A DNA stretch of 64,000 bases from an uncultured bacterium (GTDB taxonomy: Bacteria > Omnitrophota > Omnitrophia > Omnitrophales > Aquincolibacteriaceae), in contig CAYJSI010000006.1 of NCBI GenBank assembly GCA_964373045.1, positions 878 through 64,877 of the forward strand, in the 5' to 3' direction. The notes below the pieces were generated by a model, which worked only from the letters and a program-made list of their open reading frames with translations, was not told the origin of the DNA and made no database searches. Made by a program: the position numbers and the translations under genes. Of this stretch, positions 16,354 through 25,959 are shown piece by piece. Position 1 is the stretch's first letter, and every line of letters starts with the position of its first letter.

Positions 16354-18660
16354 ATGAAACTTGTTGTGAACGGTGAAAACAAAGCGATTCAGGGAGCTGC
16401 CACGCTTTCTGAGTTATTAACAGAATTTCGGATTAATCCAAAGACTGTCGTGGTGGAACATAATCGAGCTGTTGTTCCCCGCGAAAGGTTTCCATCCCAA
16501 AGGCTACAGGAGGGGGATACCGTTGAAATTGTGCGTTTTGTCGGCGGCGGGTCGGAGGGAGCCCGAAAAAAACCCAGCCATCTTGTCATCGTAGAGTCTC
16601 CCGCCAAGGCCAAGACCATCAATAAGTATCTCGGAGGCGATTATCAAGTCGAGGCCTCCATGGGCCACGTTCGCGACCTCCCCAAAAGCAAAATGGGGGT
16701 CGATATGAATGCTGAATTTGCCCCGCAGTATATCGTCATGAAAAAGGCTACGAAGACGGTCAGTCATCTCAAAAAACAGGCGAAGGGAAAAAAGGGAATT
16801 TACCTTGCCCCCGATCCTGACCGCGAGGGCGAGGCCATCAGCTGGCATCTCGCCCATATTTTTAAGGAGCAAGACGGCGATGTGACGATTCGCCGGGTGG
16901 TGTTTAACGAAATCACCAAAGAGGCTGTTCAGGAGGCCTTTCGTCATCCCCGTGAAATTGAAATGAATCTTGTCAATGCCCAGCAGGCACGCCGCGTGGT
17001 GGACCGGCTTGTGGGTTACGAATTAAGTCCTTTGCTCTGGCGCAAGGTGGGCCGCGGCCTGAGTGCGGGGCGCGTGCAATCGGTGGCGCTGCGATTGATT
17101 GTGGACCGCGAACGCGAAGTCAAAAATTTCGTGCCTCAGGAATATTGGTCAATTATCGCCAAGCTTTCCTCCGAGCAAACGGAAAATGCGGGAAAAATTT
17201 TCCAGGCTAAGCTCGATAAAATCGGCAAAGAAAAAGCCGATCTTAAGAATCAGGCCGATTCGGAAAATATCCGGGAAGAAATTCTCAAACTCCCTTTCAA
17301 GGTTGAAAATGTAGAAAAAAAAGAGCGGCAGCGGCGCCCCCAGCCTCCCTTTACGACCAGCAAACTTCAGCAGGAGGCCTACAATCGCCTCGGATTTCCC
17401 GCGGCCAAAACCATGAAGGTTGCCCAGAAGCTCTACGAGGGGGTCGAGCTCGGTTCGGAAGGCCCGGTCGGTTTAATCACCTACATGAGAACGGATTCGG
17501 TCCATGTGGCGGCTTCTGCCCGCGCGGAGGCAGCTCAATATGTCCGAAAGAAATTCGGCGACCCCTATCTCCCCAAAGAACCTCCCGTGTATAAATCCAA
17601 GAAGGGGGCCCAAGAGGCCCATGAGGCCATCCGTCCTTCCTCGGTTCATCGAGAACCCGAAACGCTGCGTTCTGTTTTGTCGGCGGATGAATTCAAACTT
17701 TATGATTTGATCTGGCGAAAATTTCTTGCTTCTCAAATGACGCCTGCGATCGACGAAAATATTTCCGTTTCGATCATGGCAGGGGAGCGGTACTTCTTTA
17801 AAACCACGGGCCGCCGCAATCTTTTCCCCGGTTTCGCCATTTTATTCGGGGAAGGGAAGCCGGCCAAAGAGGAGGAAGACGAAAAGGCGGAGAAAGATGA
17901 GGAGATCGAGCTTTCGGCGGAGGAGCTTCCATCGCTTATGGCAGGGGAAATCCTCAAGCTGCATGAACTTCTCGCCAACCAGCATTTTACAAAGCCCCCG
18001 GGCCGTTTTAACGATGCCAGCCTTGTGAAAACCCTGGAAGAAAAAGGAATCGGCCGGCCCAGCACTTATGCCCCGACCCTCTATACACTTCTTGCGCGTG
18101 AGTATGTCAATCGTAATGGGGGAGCGCTGATCCCCTCCGAGCTCGGTCAAACCGTGGCCGATCTTCTGGTGCAGCATTTTCCCAGAATTCTTGATTTTCA
18201 ATTTACCGCCACCATGGAAGAAGAGCTCGATAAGATTGAAGACGGAGAACTCGATTGGGTTCGGGTGGTGAAGGATTTCTACGGGCCCTTTAAGATCGAC
18301 ATGGATGCCGCCCACGAAGAGATGAAAAATATTCGAAGAGAAGTTATCCCCACCGACCATGTCTGCGATATCTGCGGCAAGGGGATGGTGATTAAGTGGG
18401 GACGTTTTGGAAAATTTCTGGCTTGTTCGGGTTTTCCCGATTGTAAATATACGCGATCGATTCCGACGGGATTTCGTTGTCCTGAGCCGGGCTGCGGCGG
18501 GGACCTTGTGAAAAGGATGTCTAAAAATAGGCGCACCTTTTATGGCTGTTCCAAGTATCCCAAGTGCACCCACATTTCGAATAAACTCCCCAAGCAGGAA
18601 TCCGGCATCGGTGAGGATGATACGATTTCTGAGAGCGATCGCGAGACCCTGGATGCTTAA
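16354..18660 (+). CDS. topA: DNA topoisomerase I with an in-frame N-terminal ThiS/MoaD-like ubiquitin-fold domain ending in GGG
   Basis: The first 66 aa (MKLVVNGE...VPRERF...LQEGDTVEIVRFVGGG) resemble ThiS. They run with no stop into the Toprim start LVIVESPAKAKTINKYLG. The Tyr domain and C-terminal Zn ribbons (CDICGKG, CSGFPDC, CPEPGCGG, CSKYPKC) follow. Confidence 0.85.
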   Translation: MKLVVNGENKAIQGAATLSELLTEFRINPKTVVVEHNRAVVPRERFPSQRLQEGDTVEIVRFVGGGSEGARKKPSHLVIVESPAKAKTINKYLGGDYQVEASMGHVRDLPKSKMGVDMNAEFAPQYIVMKKATKTVSHLKKQAKGKKGIYLAPDPDREGEAISWHLAHIFKEQDGDVTIRRVVFNEITKEAVQEAFRHPREIEMNLVNAQQARRVVDRLVGYELSPLLWRKVGRGLSAGRVQSVALRLIVDREREVKNFVPQEYWSIIAKLSSEQTENAGKIFQAKLDKIGKEKADLKNQADSENIREEILKLPFKVENVEKKERQRRPQPPFTTSKLQQEAYNRLGFPAAKTMKVAQKLYEGVELGSEGPVGLITYMRTDSVHVAASARAEAAQYVRKKFGDPYLPKEPPVYKSKKGAQEAHEAIRPSSVHREPETLRSVLSADEFKLYDLIWRKFLASQMTPAIDENISVSIMAGERYFFKTTGRRNLFPGFAILFGEGKPAKEEEDEKAEKDEEIELSAEELPSLMAGEILKLHELLANQHFTKPPGRFNDASLVKTLEEKGIGRPSTYAPTLYTLLAREYVNRNGGALIPSELGQTVADLLVQHFPRILDFQFTATMEEELDKIEDGELDWVRVVKDFYGPFKIDMDAAHEEMKNIRREVIPTDHVCDICGKGMVIKWGRFGKFLACSGFPDCKYTRSIPTGFRCPEPGCGGDLVKRMSKNRRTFYGCSKYPKCTHISNKLPKQESGIGEDDTISESDRETLDA

Positions 18661-19538
18661 TGGAAAAAGAAATCTCGAAATTTTTGGATTTCCTGGTCGC
18701 TGAGAAAAACGCTTCCCCCCACACGGTTAAAAATTACCATATTGATCTGAGGGAATTTGTCATATCTCAAGGGAAAAAAGGTGTCGTGGAGATTACCTAC
18801 CTTGATATCCGCTCCTTTCTTGCTTTCTTAAAGGATCGGGATTATTCCAAAAGCTCGATTGCAAGGAAAGTGGCCTGCCTGCGCTCTTTCTTCAAGTATC
18901 TTGCCCGCGAAAATATTTTAAAGACAAATCCTGCGGCCGGTGTATCCATTCCCAAGCGTGATAAGCGGCTGCCCAAATTTCTCGATGCCGAGGAAGTGAC
19001 ACAACTCCTCGAGGCCCCCTCCAAAAATAACTGGGAAGAGAAAAGGGACCGTGCCATCTTAGAAACGCTTTATAGCTCGGGCCTGCGGGTCAGTGAACTC
19101 GTGGGCTTAAATCACGATGACTTGGACGGCTTCGGGGGGCTTTTGCGCGTGCGGGGAAAAGGCAAGAAGGAGCGGATCGTGCCCGTGGGCCATGTCGCCC
19201 TGAAGGCGATTCAGGAATACGTGGAAAAAAAGCCTCCCAAAGACGGCGAGCCGGCCCTTAAGCGTGCCCTTTATATGAATCGCTCGGGCGGCCGGCTTAC
19301 GGATCGCAGTGTGCGGCGCGTCATTATAAAATATGTCCGCAGGTCAGGCCTCAAGAAAGAAGTCTCGCCCCATATGCTGCGCCACTCCTTTGCCACCCAC
19401 ATGCTGGATCGAGGGGCCGATCTTCGCAGTGTCCAAGAACTTCTGGGGCACGCCAATTTATCCACGACGCAGATCTACACCCACATTACGACGAAACGTC
19501 TTAAAGAAGCTTACGATGCCTCCCACCCCCGCGCTTAA
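18660..19538 (+). CDS. Tyrosine site-specific recombinase, XerC/XerD family
   Basis: An N-terminal SAM-like core-binding domain is followed by the catalytic R..H..R..Y set (RVSEL, HMLRHSFATH, LGHANLSTTQIYTH). The ATG overlaps the topA stop (TAATGG). Confidence 0.85.
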   Translation: MEKEISKFLDFLVAEKNASPHTVKNYHIDLREFVISQGKKGVVEITYLDIRSFLAFLKDRDYSKSSIARKVACLRSFFKYLARENILKTNPAAGVSIPKRDKRLPKFLDAEEVTQLLEAPSKNNWEEKRDRAILETLYSSGLRVSELVGLNHDDLDGFGGLLRVRGKGKKERIVPVGHVALKAIQEYVEKKPPKDGEPALKRALYMNRSGGRLTDRSVRRVIIKYVRRSGLKKEVSPHMLRHSFATHMLDRGADLRSVQELLGHANLSTTQIYTHITTKRLKEAYDASHPRA

Positions 19539-20901
19539 TTTATTTCTCGCCTTCCTTTATAACGCGGCCTTCCTCGTTTTCGGAATGGGTTACCTGCCGA
19601 TTTTTCTCACAAAAATCAGGCAGGCGGAAAGCCCGGCCCGGCTTCTGCGGGAGCGCCTCGGACTCCTTTCTGACTCTCTTTCTCAAAAATGCCGGGGAAA
19701 GGAAGTCATCTGGGTGCATGGCGTGAGCGTAGGCGAAGTCATGGCCGCCCGAAAATTGATTCAGGGTTTCTTGGATCGCGCCCCGGCTTACCGCGTGGTG
19801 CTTACCACCGTGACGCCGACCGGTCAAAGGATTGCAAAGGAAATGGAAGGCGAACGCCTTTCCGTATGTTATTTTCCTTTCGATTTGACCTTTGCGGTTG
19901 AGCGATTCTTCAAAGCCATTCGGCCCCGGTGCCTCCTCTTGGTTGAAACCGAGATTTGGCCGAATCTTTTGTCGGCCGCCAAGCGATTCTCCGTGCCGGT
20001 CGGTATTGTGAACGCCCGCCTTTCCCCCAGATCAAGCGCCCGTTACGGGCGTCTTCCGTTTATTTTTCGGCCTCTCTTCTCCGGCCTTGATTTTGTCCTG
20101 GCTCAAAGCGAGGAAGATGCGCTTCGATTTGTGTCCCTGGGGGTTGCAAGGGATCGGGTCCAGAGCCTTGGCAATATCAAATTTGACGGTGTTGATTTGG
20201 CAGACGCGTTTGCTGCCCCCTCTGAAGCATTAAAAAAACAATGGGGATTTCATCCCCAAGACCGGATCTGGATTTGCGGCAGCACCCATCCGGGTGAAGA
20301 AGAAATCCTGCTGCAAGTTTATGAACGTCTTCAACCCATTTTTCCATCTCTCAAACTCATTCTGGCCCCGCGCCACATTGAGCGATCGACGAAGCTTGCC
20401 CAGCGCATCCGCGCCTCCGGTTGGAAGGTGCGATGTGCAACGGACACCGAGTCCCAAGGTCCTTTGGATGTTCTCTTGTTGGATCGGCTCGGAATCTTGA
20501 AGCAGCTTTATGCCATCGCGGATGTGGTCTTTGTGGGCGGAAGTTTAATCCACCACGGCGGACAAAATCCCATCGAGGCGGCCTGCTTCAAGCGTGCCAT
20601 CCTTCACGGGCCCCACACCTTTCATTTTGAAAAGGTTTATCAGGCCCTTGATTCGGAGGCGGCGGCGCTTGCGGTGCGGGATGCCGAAGGGCTTCATTTG
20701 ACTCTGAAGCGTCTTCTCCATGACGAAGCAGCCTGTACGAGGCTGGGCGAGAGCGCTTTTCGCGTCATCTCGGCACTTCAAGGAGCGACTCAGCGGCACC
20801 TCGATTGGATTTTTGATTTTTTGACTCCGTCGGCACAAGAAAGGATCCACGATGTTGAATTCCATGAAAAGTTATTTCCGTCGGCTGGCGGAAGGATATG
20901 A
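19516..20901 (+). CDS. waaA: 3-deoxy-D-manno-octulosonic acid (Kdo) transferase
   Basis: An N-terminal TM anchor is followed by IWVHGVSVGEV and a C-terminal GT-B domain (GGSL..GGQNPIEA). The start overlaps the xer gene. Confidence 0.85.
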   Translation: MPPTPALNLFLAFLYNAAFLVFGMGYLPIFLTKIRQAESPARLLRERLGLLSDSLSQKCRGKEVIWVHGVSVGEVMAARKLIQGFLDRAPAYRVVLTTVTPTGQRIAKEMEGERLSVCYFPFDLTFAVERFFKAIRPRCLLLVETEIWPNLLSAAKRFSVPVGIVNARLSPRSSARYGRLPFIFRPLFSGLDFVLAQSEEDALRFVSLGVARDRVQSLGNIKFDGVDLADAFAAPSEALKKQWGFHPQDRIWICGSTHPGEEEILLQVYERLQPIFPSLKLILAPRHIERSTKLAQRIRASGWKVRCATDTESQGPLDVLLLDRLGILKQLYAIADVVFVGGSLIHHGGQNPIEAACFKRAILHGPHTFHFEKVYQALDSEAAALAVRDAEGLHLTLKRLLHDEAACTRLGESAFRVISALQGATQRHLDWIFDFLTPSAQERIHDVEFHEKLFPSAGGRI

Positions 20902-21904
20902 AAATGGTCTTGTCTCTTCCCTCCTTTTTCCCGTCCTGGGAGCGAGCGAAAAAGTCTACGGGGGCGCCGTAGGGGCGACCCGGTTTTTGTACGAAAAAAA
21001 GGTTTTACGCCGGACCCGACTGCCTTTTCCCGTCGTGAGTGTCGGGAACCTCACCTGGGGCGGGACGGGGAAGACTCCCTTTGTGGAGTATCTTGCCCGT
21101 AAGATAGGAGAACAAAACAAAACCCCTCTTATCCTCACGCGCGGATACAGCCACGATGAAATTGAGCAATTTCGCCGCCATCTTCCGAGGGCCATTGTGG
21201 GGGTGGGGAAGCATCGAGGCCGGGTGGCGAAAAATCTCGCGAAGCAGCATCCAATCGATCTCGCCATCTTGGACGACGGTTTCCAGCATTGGCCCCTTGA
21301 ACGCAATTTTGAAATCGTGATGGTGAATGCCTTGAACCCTTTTGGCAACGGGCGGGTTCTGCCGCGCGGGATCTTAAGGGAGCCTCGAACCGTGCTCCGG
21401 AAAGCCCACCTGGTTGCGATCTCGCACTCGAATCTCATCACGAGCCAGGACCTGACAGCCCTGAAAGAAGAAATTCGCAAAGCGGCCCCGGAGGCGATCG
21501 TAATCGAAACCTACCTCGAGCCGCTCTTTTTTTACCGCGCGCGCAAGGGGGCTCGCGTTTCTCTGGACCGGCTTCAAAAACAGCGTGTGACGACTTTCTC
21601 TGCGGTCGGTTCCCCGCGCTCCTTTCAATTGCTGCTTGCCAAGCACCAGATTAAAGCCGTGCGTAATTTTGAATTTACCGATCATCACGCCTATTCGCGC
21701 CCCGAGCTTGAAGAGATTAAGGAAGTAAGCCATGCGGCCGCGGTGGATGAGGTCGTTACGACCGAAAAAGATTTTTACCGCTCCTCCCAGATGATCAGCG
21801 ACCTCTTAAATCCGCTTGTCCTGGCCACGCGGCTTCGCATCGCCTCAGGTGAAGAGCTTCTCTGGAACCGGATCTTTCAATTGATGGGGGCAGTGCGGCC
21901 GTGA
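20852..21904 (+). CDS. lpxK: Tetraacyldisaccharide 4'-kinase
   Basis: The P-loop VSVGNLTWGGTGKTP and the TRGY motif are present. Confidence 0.85.
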   Translation: MLNSMKSYFRRLAEGYENGLVSSLLFPVLGASEKVYGGAVGATRFLYEKKVLRRTRLPFPVVSVGNLTWGGTGKTPFVEYLARKIGEQNKTPLILTRGYSHDEIEQFRRHLPRAIVGVGKHRGRVAKNLAKQHPIDLAILDDGFQHWPLERNFEIVMVNALNPFGNGRVLPRGILREPRTVLRKAHLVAISHSNLITSQDLTALKEEIRKAAPEAIVIETYLEPLFFYRARKGARVSLDRLQKQRVTTFSAVGSPRSFQLLLAKHQIKAVRNFEFTDHHAYSRPELEEIKEVSHAAAVDEVVTTEKDFYRSSQMISDLLNPLVLATRLRIASGEELLWNRIFQLMGAVRP

Positions 21905-23850
21905 CCCAATGGATCGACGAAGCGGCTCACCTCGCCCTTCGTCTTTTAGCTCAAATCTTAAGTAAGATGGCGCCCGAAAAGGCGCTTGCCATCGGAAAGA
22001 TTTTGGGCCGCATCGCGTTCTATCTTTCAAGCCGCCGCTCGGTTGCCTATGCGGACTTGAAGGCGGCCTTGGGGAATCAACTGACAGAAAAGGAAAGATG
22101 GAGGGTGATTCGTGAGCACTACGGGCATTTGGGTGAAATGCTGGTCGAGATCCTGCGTTTTCCTTTACTTGATCGAGCCGCAGTTGAAGGCATTTTTTCT
22201 GAAGATCACCCCGAAAGAGTGCGAGACGTTTTTGAAGGGAAGCGCGGGGCCATTCTTTTGTCAGCCCATTTGGGAAATTGGGAGTTTGCCCAAATGGCTC
22301 TCGGTATTCTTCACCAGACCATGCATGTTCTTGCCCGTGATCAAAAATGGGTGCGCGTGAATGAATTCTTAAATCAACTTCGAGAGAGTCATGGAAGTGT
22401 CGCGGTCGGCCGCGGCATGGGAGTGCGTCATCTGATGAAATGCCTTCGCCGCAACGAATGGATTGGGTTTTTGGGAGATCAGGATGCGGGAAAATCCGAG
22501 GGACTGATCCTGCCTTTTTTTGGACGTAAGACGACGATTCCAACCGGGGCTTTTGAACTGGCAGCTCGCACCGGTGTCCCCCTCTTTCCATCCCTCATTG
22601 TTCGAACCGGCGGGCTCAATCACAGATTCCATTACGAAGATAAAATTGAGTGCGAGGACGGGGAAAATCGCGCCGCCTCCATCGAAAGGGGAGTGCGGAA
22701 ATATGTCAGCCTACTTGAAGATTACATCCGCCGCTATCCAAGTCAGTGGCTTTGGGAGAGCAAGCGCTGGAAATACACCTGGACGAAGCGCCTGCTTATT
22801 TTATCCGACGGCAAGGCGGGACACATTAAACAATCCGAGGCCTTGGCCGATCAATTCCGAGCAATCCAAACACAGTATGGACGTCCTGGGATGGAGTATC
22901 CGACCAAAACTCTGCTAGTTCGGTATAAATCAAGCTGGCACAAAAAACTCTTTTCCTTATTTGCCCTGTGTTTTATTCCGTTTGCACAAGGACGGCTCCG
23001 GTGGCTTGGATTTTTCTTCAAGCCTGAGTCTCAAAAAGCCCTTGCAGAGGCGAGCGCAGATTTTGTGATTTCGGCGGGCTCGAGCCTTGCCCCTCTCAAT
23101 TTGATCCTGGCCCGCGATTCGAGGGCCAAAAGCATCGTCCTTATGAATCCCAGTTTTCCTTTTAACTTTTTCCGCTACGACCTTGCCGTCATTCCCTTTC
23201 ATGATCAGGGCCGCGTGCCGGAAAAGACTCTTCGCACCCTTTTGACTCCGAGCGCCTTTGAGGAAGAGGCATTAAGCCGCGCCGCCGAGAAGCTAAAGTC
23301 CCGATTAAGACAGCCGGAGCGGGTGAAGTTTGGGGTCTTCTTGGGAGGGCCGACGAGAAATTTCCGCATGGAACTATCCGATATCGAAAAATTGTTCACC
23401 TCTCTTGAAAAACTTTCAAAACGGTGCGGCGATTATTTGGTGACTACCTCGAGACGCACTCCTGAATTTATTTCGCGCTTTCTTAAAACAAAAGTGGCCC
23501 GCGACCCGTCTTGTCAATTGCTTGTGGTGGCGAACGAGCATAATCCGCCGGAGACAACCGGAGGAATGGTTTCGCTCGCGGACGTTCTGATGGTGACCGA
23601 AGATAGTATTTCTATGATCTCGGAAGCGGTCAGCGCGGGGAAAAAGGTCATCGTCATCACGTTGGGATCCAATGGGCTCCCCGCGAAACACGCACGTTTT
23701 AAAAAACTCCTCGAGGAGAAATCGGCCATCACCCTAGCAAAACCCCATGAACTCATTGCCAAGTATGACGCCGTTGAAAAACAGCAGGTTCAGGAGATTG
23801 CGAAGCGTGAACGGGAAGCGCTGCAAAGGAGGCTGCAAGAAATTTTATGA
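21901..23850 (+). CDS. Lipid A biosynthesis late acyltransferase (LpxL/HtrB family) fused to a C-terminal ELM1/DUF1022-like domain
   Basis: The N-terminal ~300 aa are lysophospholipid acyltransferase (LLSAHLGNWE HX4D-type, FLGDQD). The C-terminal ~340 aa carry ILSDGKAGHIKQSEALA and TTSRRTP, which I recall as ELM1-family signatures. Confidence 0.65.
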   Translation: MTQWIDEAAHLALRLLAQILSKMAPEKALAIGKILGRIAFYLSSRRSVAYADLKAALGNQLTEKERWRVIREHYGHLGEMLVEILRFPLLDRAAVEGIFSEDHPERVRDVFEGKRGAILLSAHLGNWEFAQMALGILHQTMHVLARDQKWVRVNEFLNQLRESHGSVAVGRGMGVRHLMKCLRRNEWIGFLGDQDAGKSEGLILPFFGRKTTIPTGAFELAARTGVPLFPSLIVRTGGLNHRFHYEDKIECEDGENRAASIERGVRKYVSLLEDYIRRYPSQWLWESKRWKYTWTKRLLILSDGKAGHIKQSEALADQFRAIQTQYGRPGMEYPTKTLLVRYKSSWHKKLFSLFALCFIPFAQGRLRWLGFFFKPESQKALAEASADFVISAGSSLAPLNLILARDSRAKSIVLMNPSFPFNFFRYDLAVIPFHDQGRVPEKTLRTLLTPSAFEEEALSRAAEKLKSRLRQPERVKFGVFLGGPTRNFRMELSDIEKLFTSLEKLSKRCGDYLVTTSRRTPEFISRFLKTKVARDPSCQLLVVANEHNPPETTGGMVSLADVLMVTEDSISMISEAVSAGKKVIVITLGSNGLPAKHARFKKLLEEKSAITLAKPHELIAKYDAVEKQQVQEIAKREREALQRRLQEIL

Positions 23851-25955
23851 AGGTTCTTCAGATTCTTCCCTCGCTGGAAGTGGGCGGTGTGGAACGAGGT
23901 GTCCTTGATCTTGTTCGTGCCATGAAAAAAAGAGGGGATGAGTCCGTCGTCATTTCCTCCGGGGGCGAGCTTGTGGCAGAACTTCAAAAGTTGGGAATCC
24001 CGCATTATTCTCTTCCCGTTCACAAAAAATCGATTTTTTCACTCTCCCTTATCCCGAAAATTGCGGAAGTGATTGAGCGTGAGCGGATTGATCTCGTTCA
24101 TGCCAGGAGCCGTGTCCCTGCGTGGCTTGCCTGGTTGGCTGCGCGCAAAACCGCCCGACCCTTTGTCACAACCTGTCACGGTTATTATTCTCATCATCTT
24201 TTAAGTCACGTGATGGGATGGGGTAAGCGTGTCATCGTGATTTCCCGCGTGATCGGCCGCCACATGATCGATGACTTTGGGGTGGCGCCGGATCGGATTT
24301 CTCTCATTCATCGCGGGGTCGATCTTTCTCAGTTTCCATTTCGTAGCACTCAATACGATCCTCATCGGGAAGCGAAACCGCGTCCTTTTCGTGTGATCAA
24401 TATCGGCCGCTTTTCTCCGATCAAGGGTCAGGTTGAATTTTTGAAGGCGGTGCATCAGGCCTGGCGGGAGGTGCCGAATTTAGAAGTCTGGCTTGTGGGC
24501 TCTGAGGCCAAGGGAAAGCGTAAATACACAGATTTGATTGAGCGCACCATCCGTCAGCTTGGGCTCGGCCATATGGTGAAGCTTCTTGGGACACGGCGTG
24601 ATATCCCGGAACTTTTGTGGCAGTCGGATCTCCTCGTCCTTTCAACCCTTGTCCCGGAGGCCTTTGGCCGTGTGGTGATCGAAGCAGGCGCAGTGGGCAC
24701 CCCCGTGGTTGCCACGAAGGTGGGAGGCGTCCTGGATATCATTGATTCCGAGGACAACGGCATGCTGGTTCCGCCCGGAGATATTCACGCCATGGCGGAG
24801 GCGATGGTGCATCTTTTAAAGGATCGCGAGAAGGCTCAGGCCTTTGCTGTGAAATTGCGCGCGAAGGTGGAGCAGCAATTTACGCTCGATGAGATGGTTG
24901 AGAAGACGCTTGCGGTTTACCGCGAGGCCAAGGATGAGAAAAAGATCTTGGTGATCAAACTGGGCGCTGTGGGGGATGTGATCCTTGCCGTGCCGAGCCT
25001 TCGCATGCTCCGGGAGCGTTTCCCTAAGGCCACGATTTCACTATTAGTCGATCGAAAATTTTCCTCTCTTGTTTCAGTCTCTCCTTATCTCGATGATGTG
25101 ATTCCTATTGATCGCGAGAGGCTGCATGAATGGCCCTATCTCTTTCGTCTTGCTAAGCGGCTTCGCCGGGAAGGATTTGATGTTTCGGTTGACCTGCAGA
25201 ATTCCAAATGGACTCATCTCCTGGCGATCCTTTCAGGGATTGGCGAACGCTCAGGTTTCCGGCGGGGGATGTTTGGTTTCCTCCTCAATCGTGCCGATTG
25301 GACTTATCATGTGACGGACGCCCCCGTCAAACATCAATTCCGGGTGCTCTCAAAGCTCGGTGTGCGAAAGTTAGACGAGACGCTTGAGCTTTGGCCGGAT
25401 AGCGAAGCAGAAAAACGTGCGGCCGAGATCCTCCCGAACGGTTCTGCGGCTTCCCAAGAAAAATTAGTGGGCCTCGTCTTAGGATCGAGCCCCAAGTGGC
25501 CAACCAAACGATGGCCCCTTGAAAATTTTCAGAAGTTGAGTGAGCGCCTGATTCAAGAATTAAAATGCCGCATCGTTTTGATTGGCTCAAGCGAAGAGGA
25601 AGGGTGGACCCAACCACTTGCAGCAGCGAATCCGGATTCGGTAATTAACCTTGTAGGAAAGACCTCGCTCCTTGATCTTGTTTCGGTGATCAAGCGCTTG
25701 AATGTCCTTGTGACGGGGGACACCGCACCCTTGCATGTGGCAGGTGCCATGAACACTAAAATCGTTGCTCTTTTTGGACCGACGGATTCAAAACGTCATA
25801 TGCCACCCAGCAATGGATCAATCGTGCTTCAGCGCTCACTCGCGTGCCAGCCCTGCTACCGCGGGGTTTGTCACAACCCGGAGAAACTGGCCTGTCTGAC
25901 TCATATTTCCGTGAAGGAAGTCTTTGAAGCCGTGGCGAGGCAACTCGCGTGTTGA
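23847..25955 (+). CDS. Bifunctional LPS-core glycosyltransferase: N-terminal GT4 (WaaG-like) + C-terminal GT9 heptosyltransferase
   Basis: The GT4 part carries EAFGRVVIEAGAVGTPVVATKVGG. The GT9 part carries KILVIKLGAVGDVILAVPSL and GDTAPLHVAGAMNTKIVALFGPTD plus a Cys-rich tail. Confidence 0.75.
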   Translation: MKVLQILPSLEVGGVERGVLDLVRAMKKRGDESVVISSGGELVAELQKLGIPHYSLPVHKKSIFSLSLIPKIAEVIERERIDLVHARSRVPAWLAWLAARKTARPFVTTCHGYYSHHLLSHVMGWGKRVIVISRVIGRHMIDDFGVAPDRISLIHRGVDLSQFPFRSTQYDPHREAKPRPFRVINIGRFSPIKGQVEFLKAVHQAWREVPNLEVWLVGSEAKGKRKYTDLIERTIRQLGLGHMVKLLGTRRDIPELLWQSDLLVLSTLVPEAFGRVVIEAGAVGTPVVATKVGGVLDIIDSEDNGMLVPPGDIHAMAEAMVHLLKDREKAQAFAVKLRAKVEQQFTLDEMVEKTLAVYREAKDEKKILVIKLGAVGDVILAVPSLRMLRERFPKATISLLVDRKFSSLVSVSPYLDDVIPIDRERLHEWPYLFRLAKRLRREGFDVSVDLQNSKWTHLLAILSGIGERSGFRRGMFGFLLNRADWTYHVTDAPVKHQFRVLSKLGVRKLDETLELWPDSEAEKRAAEILPNGSAASQEKLVGLVLGSSPKWPTKRWPLENFQKLSERLIQELKCRIVLIGSSEEEGWTQPLAAANPDSVINLVGKTSLLDLVSVIKRLNVLVTGDTAPLHVAGAMNTKIVALFGPTDSKRHMPPSNGSIVLQRSLACQPCYRGVCHNPEKLACLTHISVKEVFEAVARQLAC

Positions 25956-25959
25956 CACC

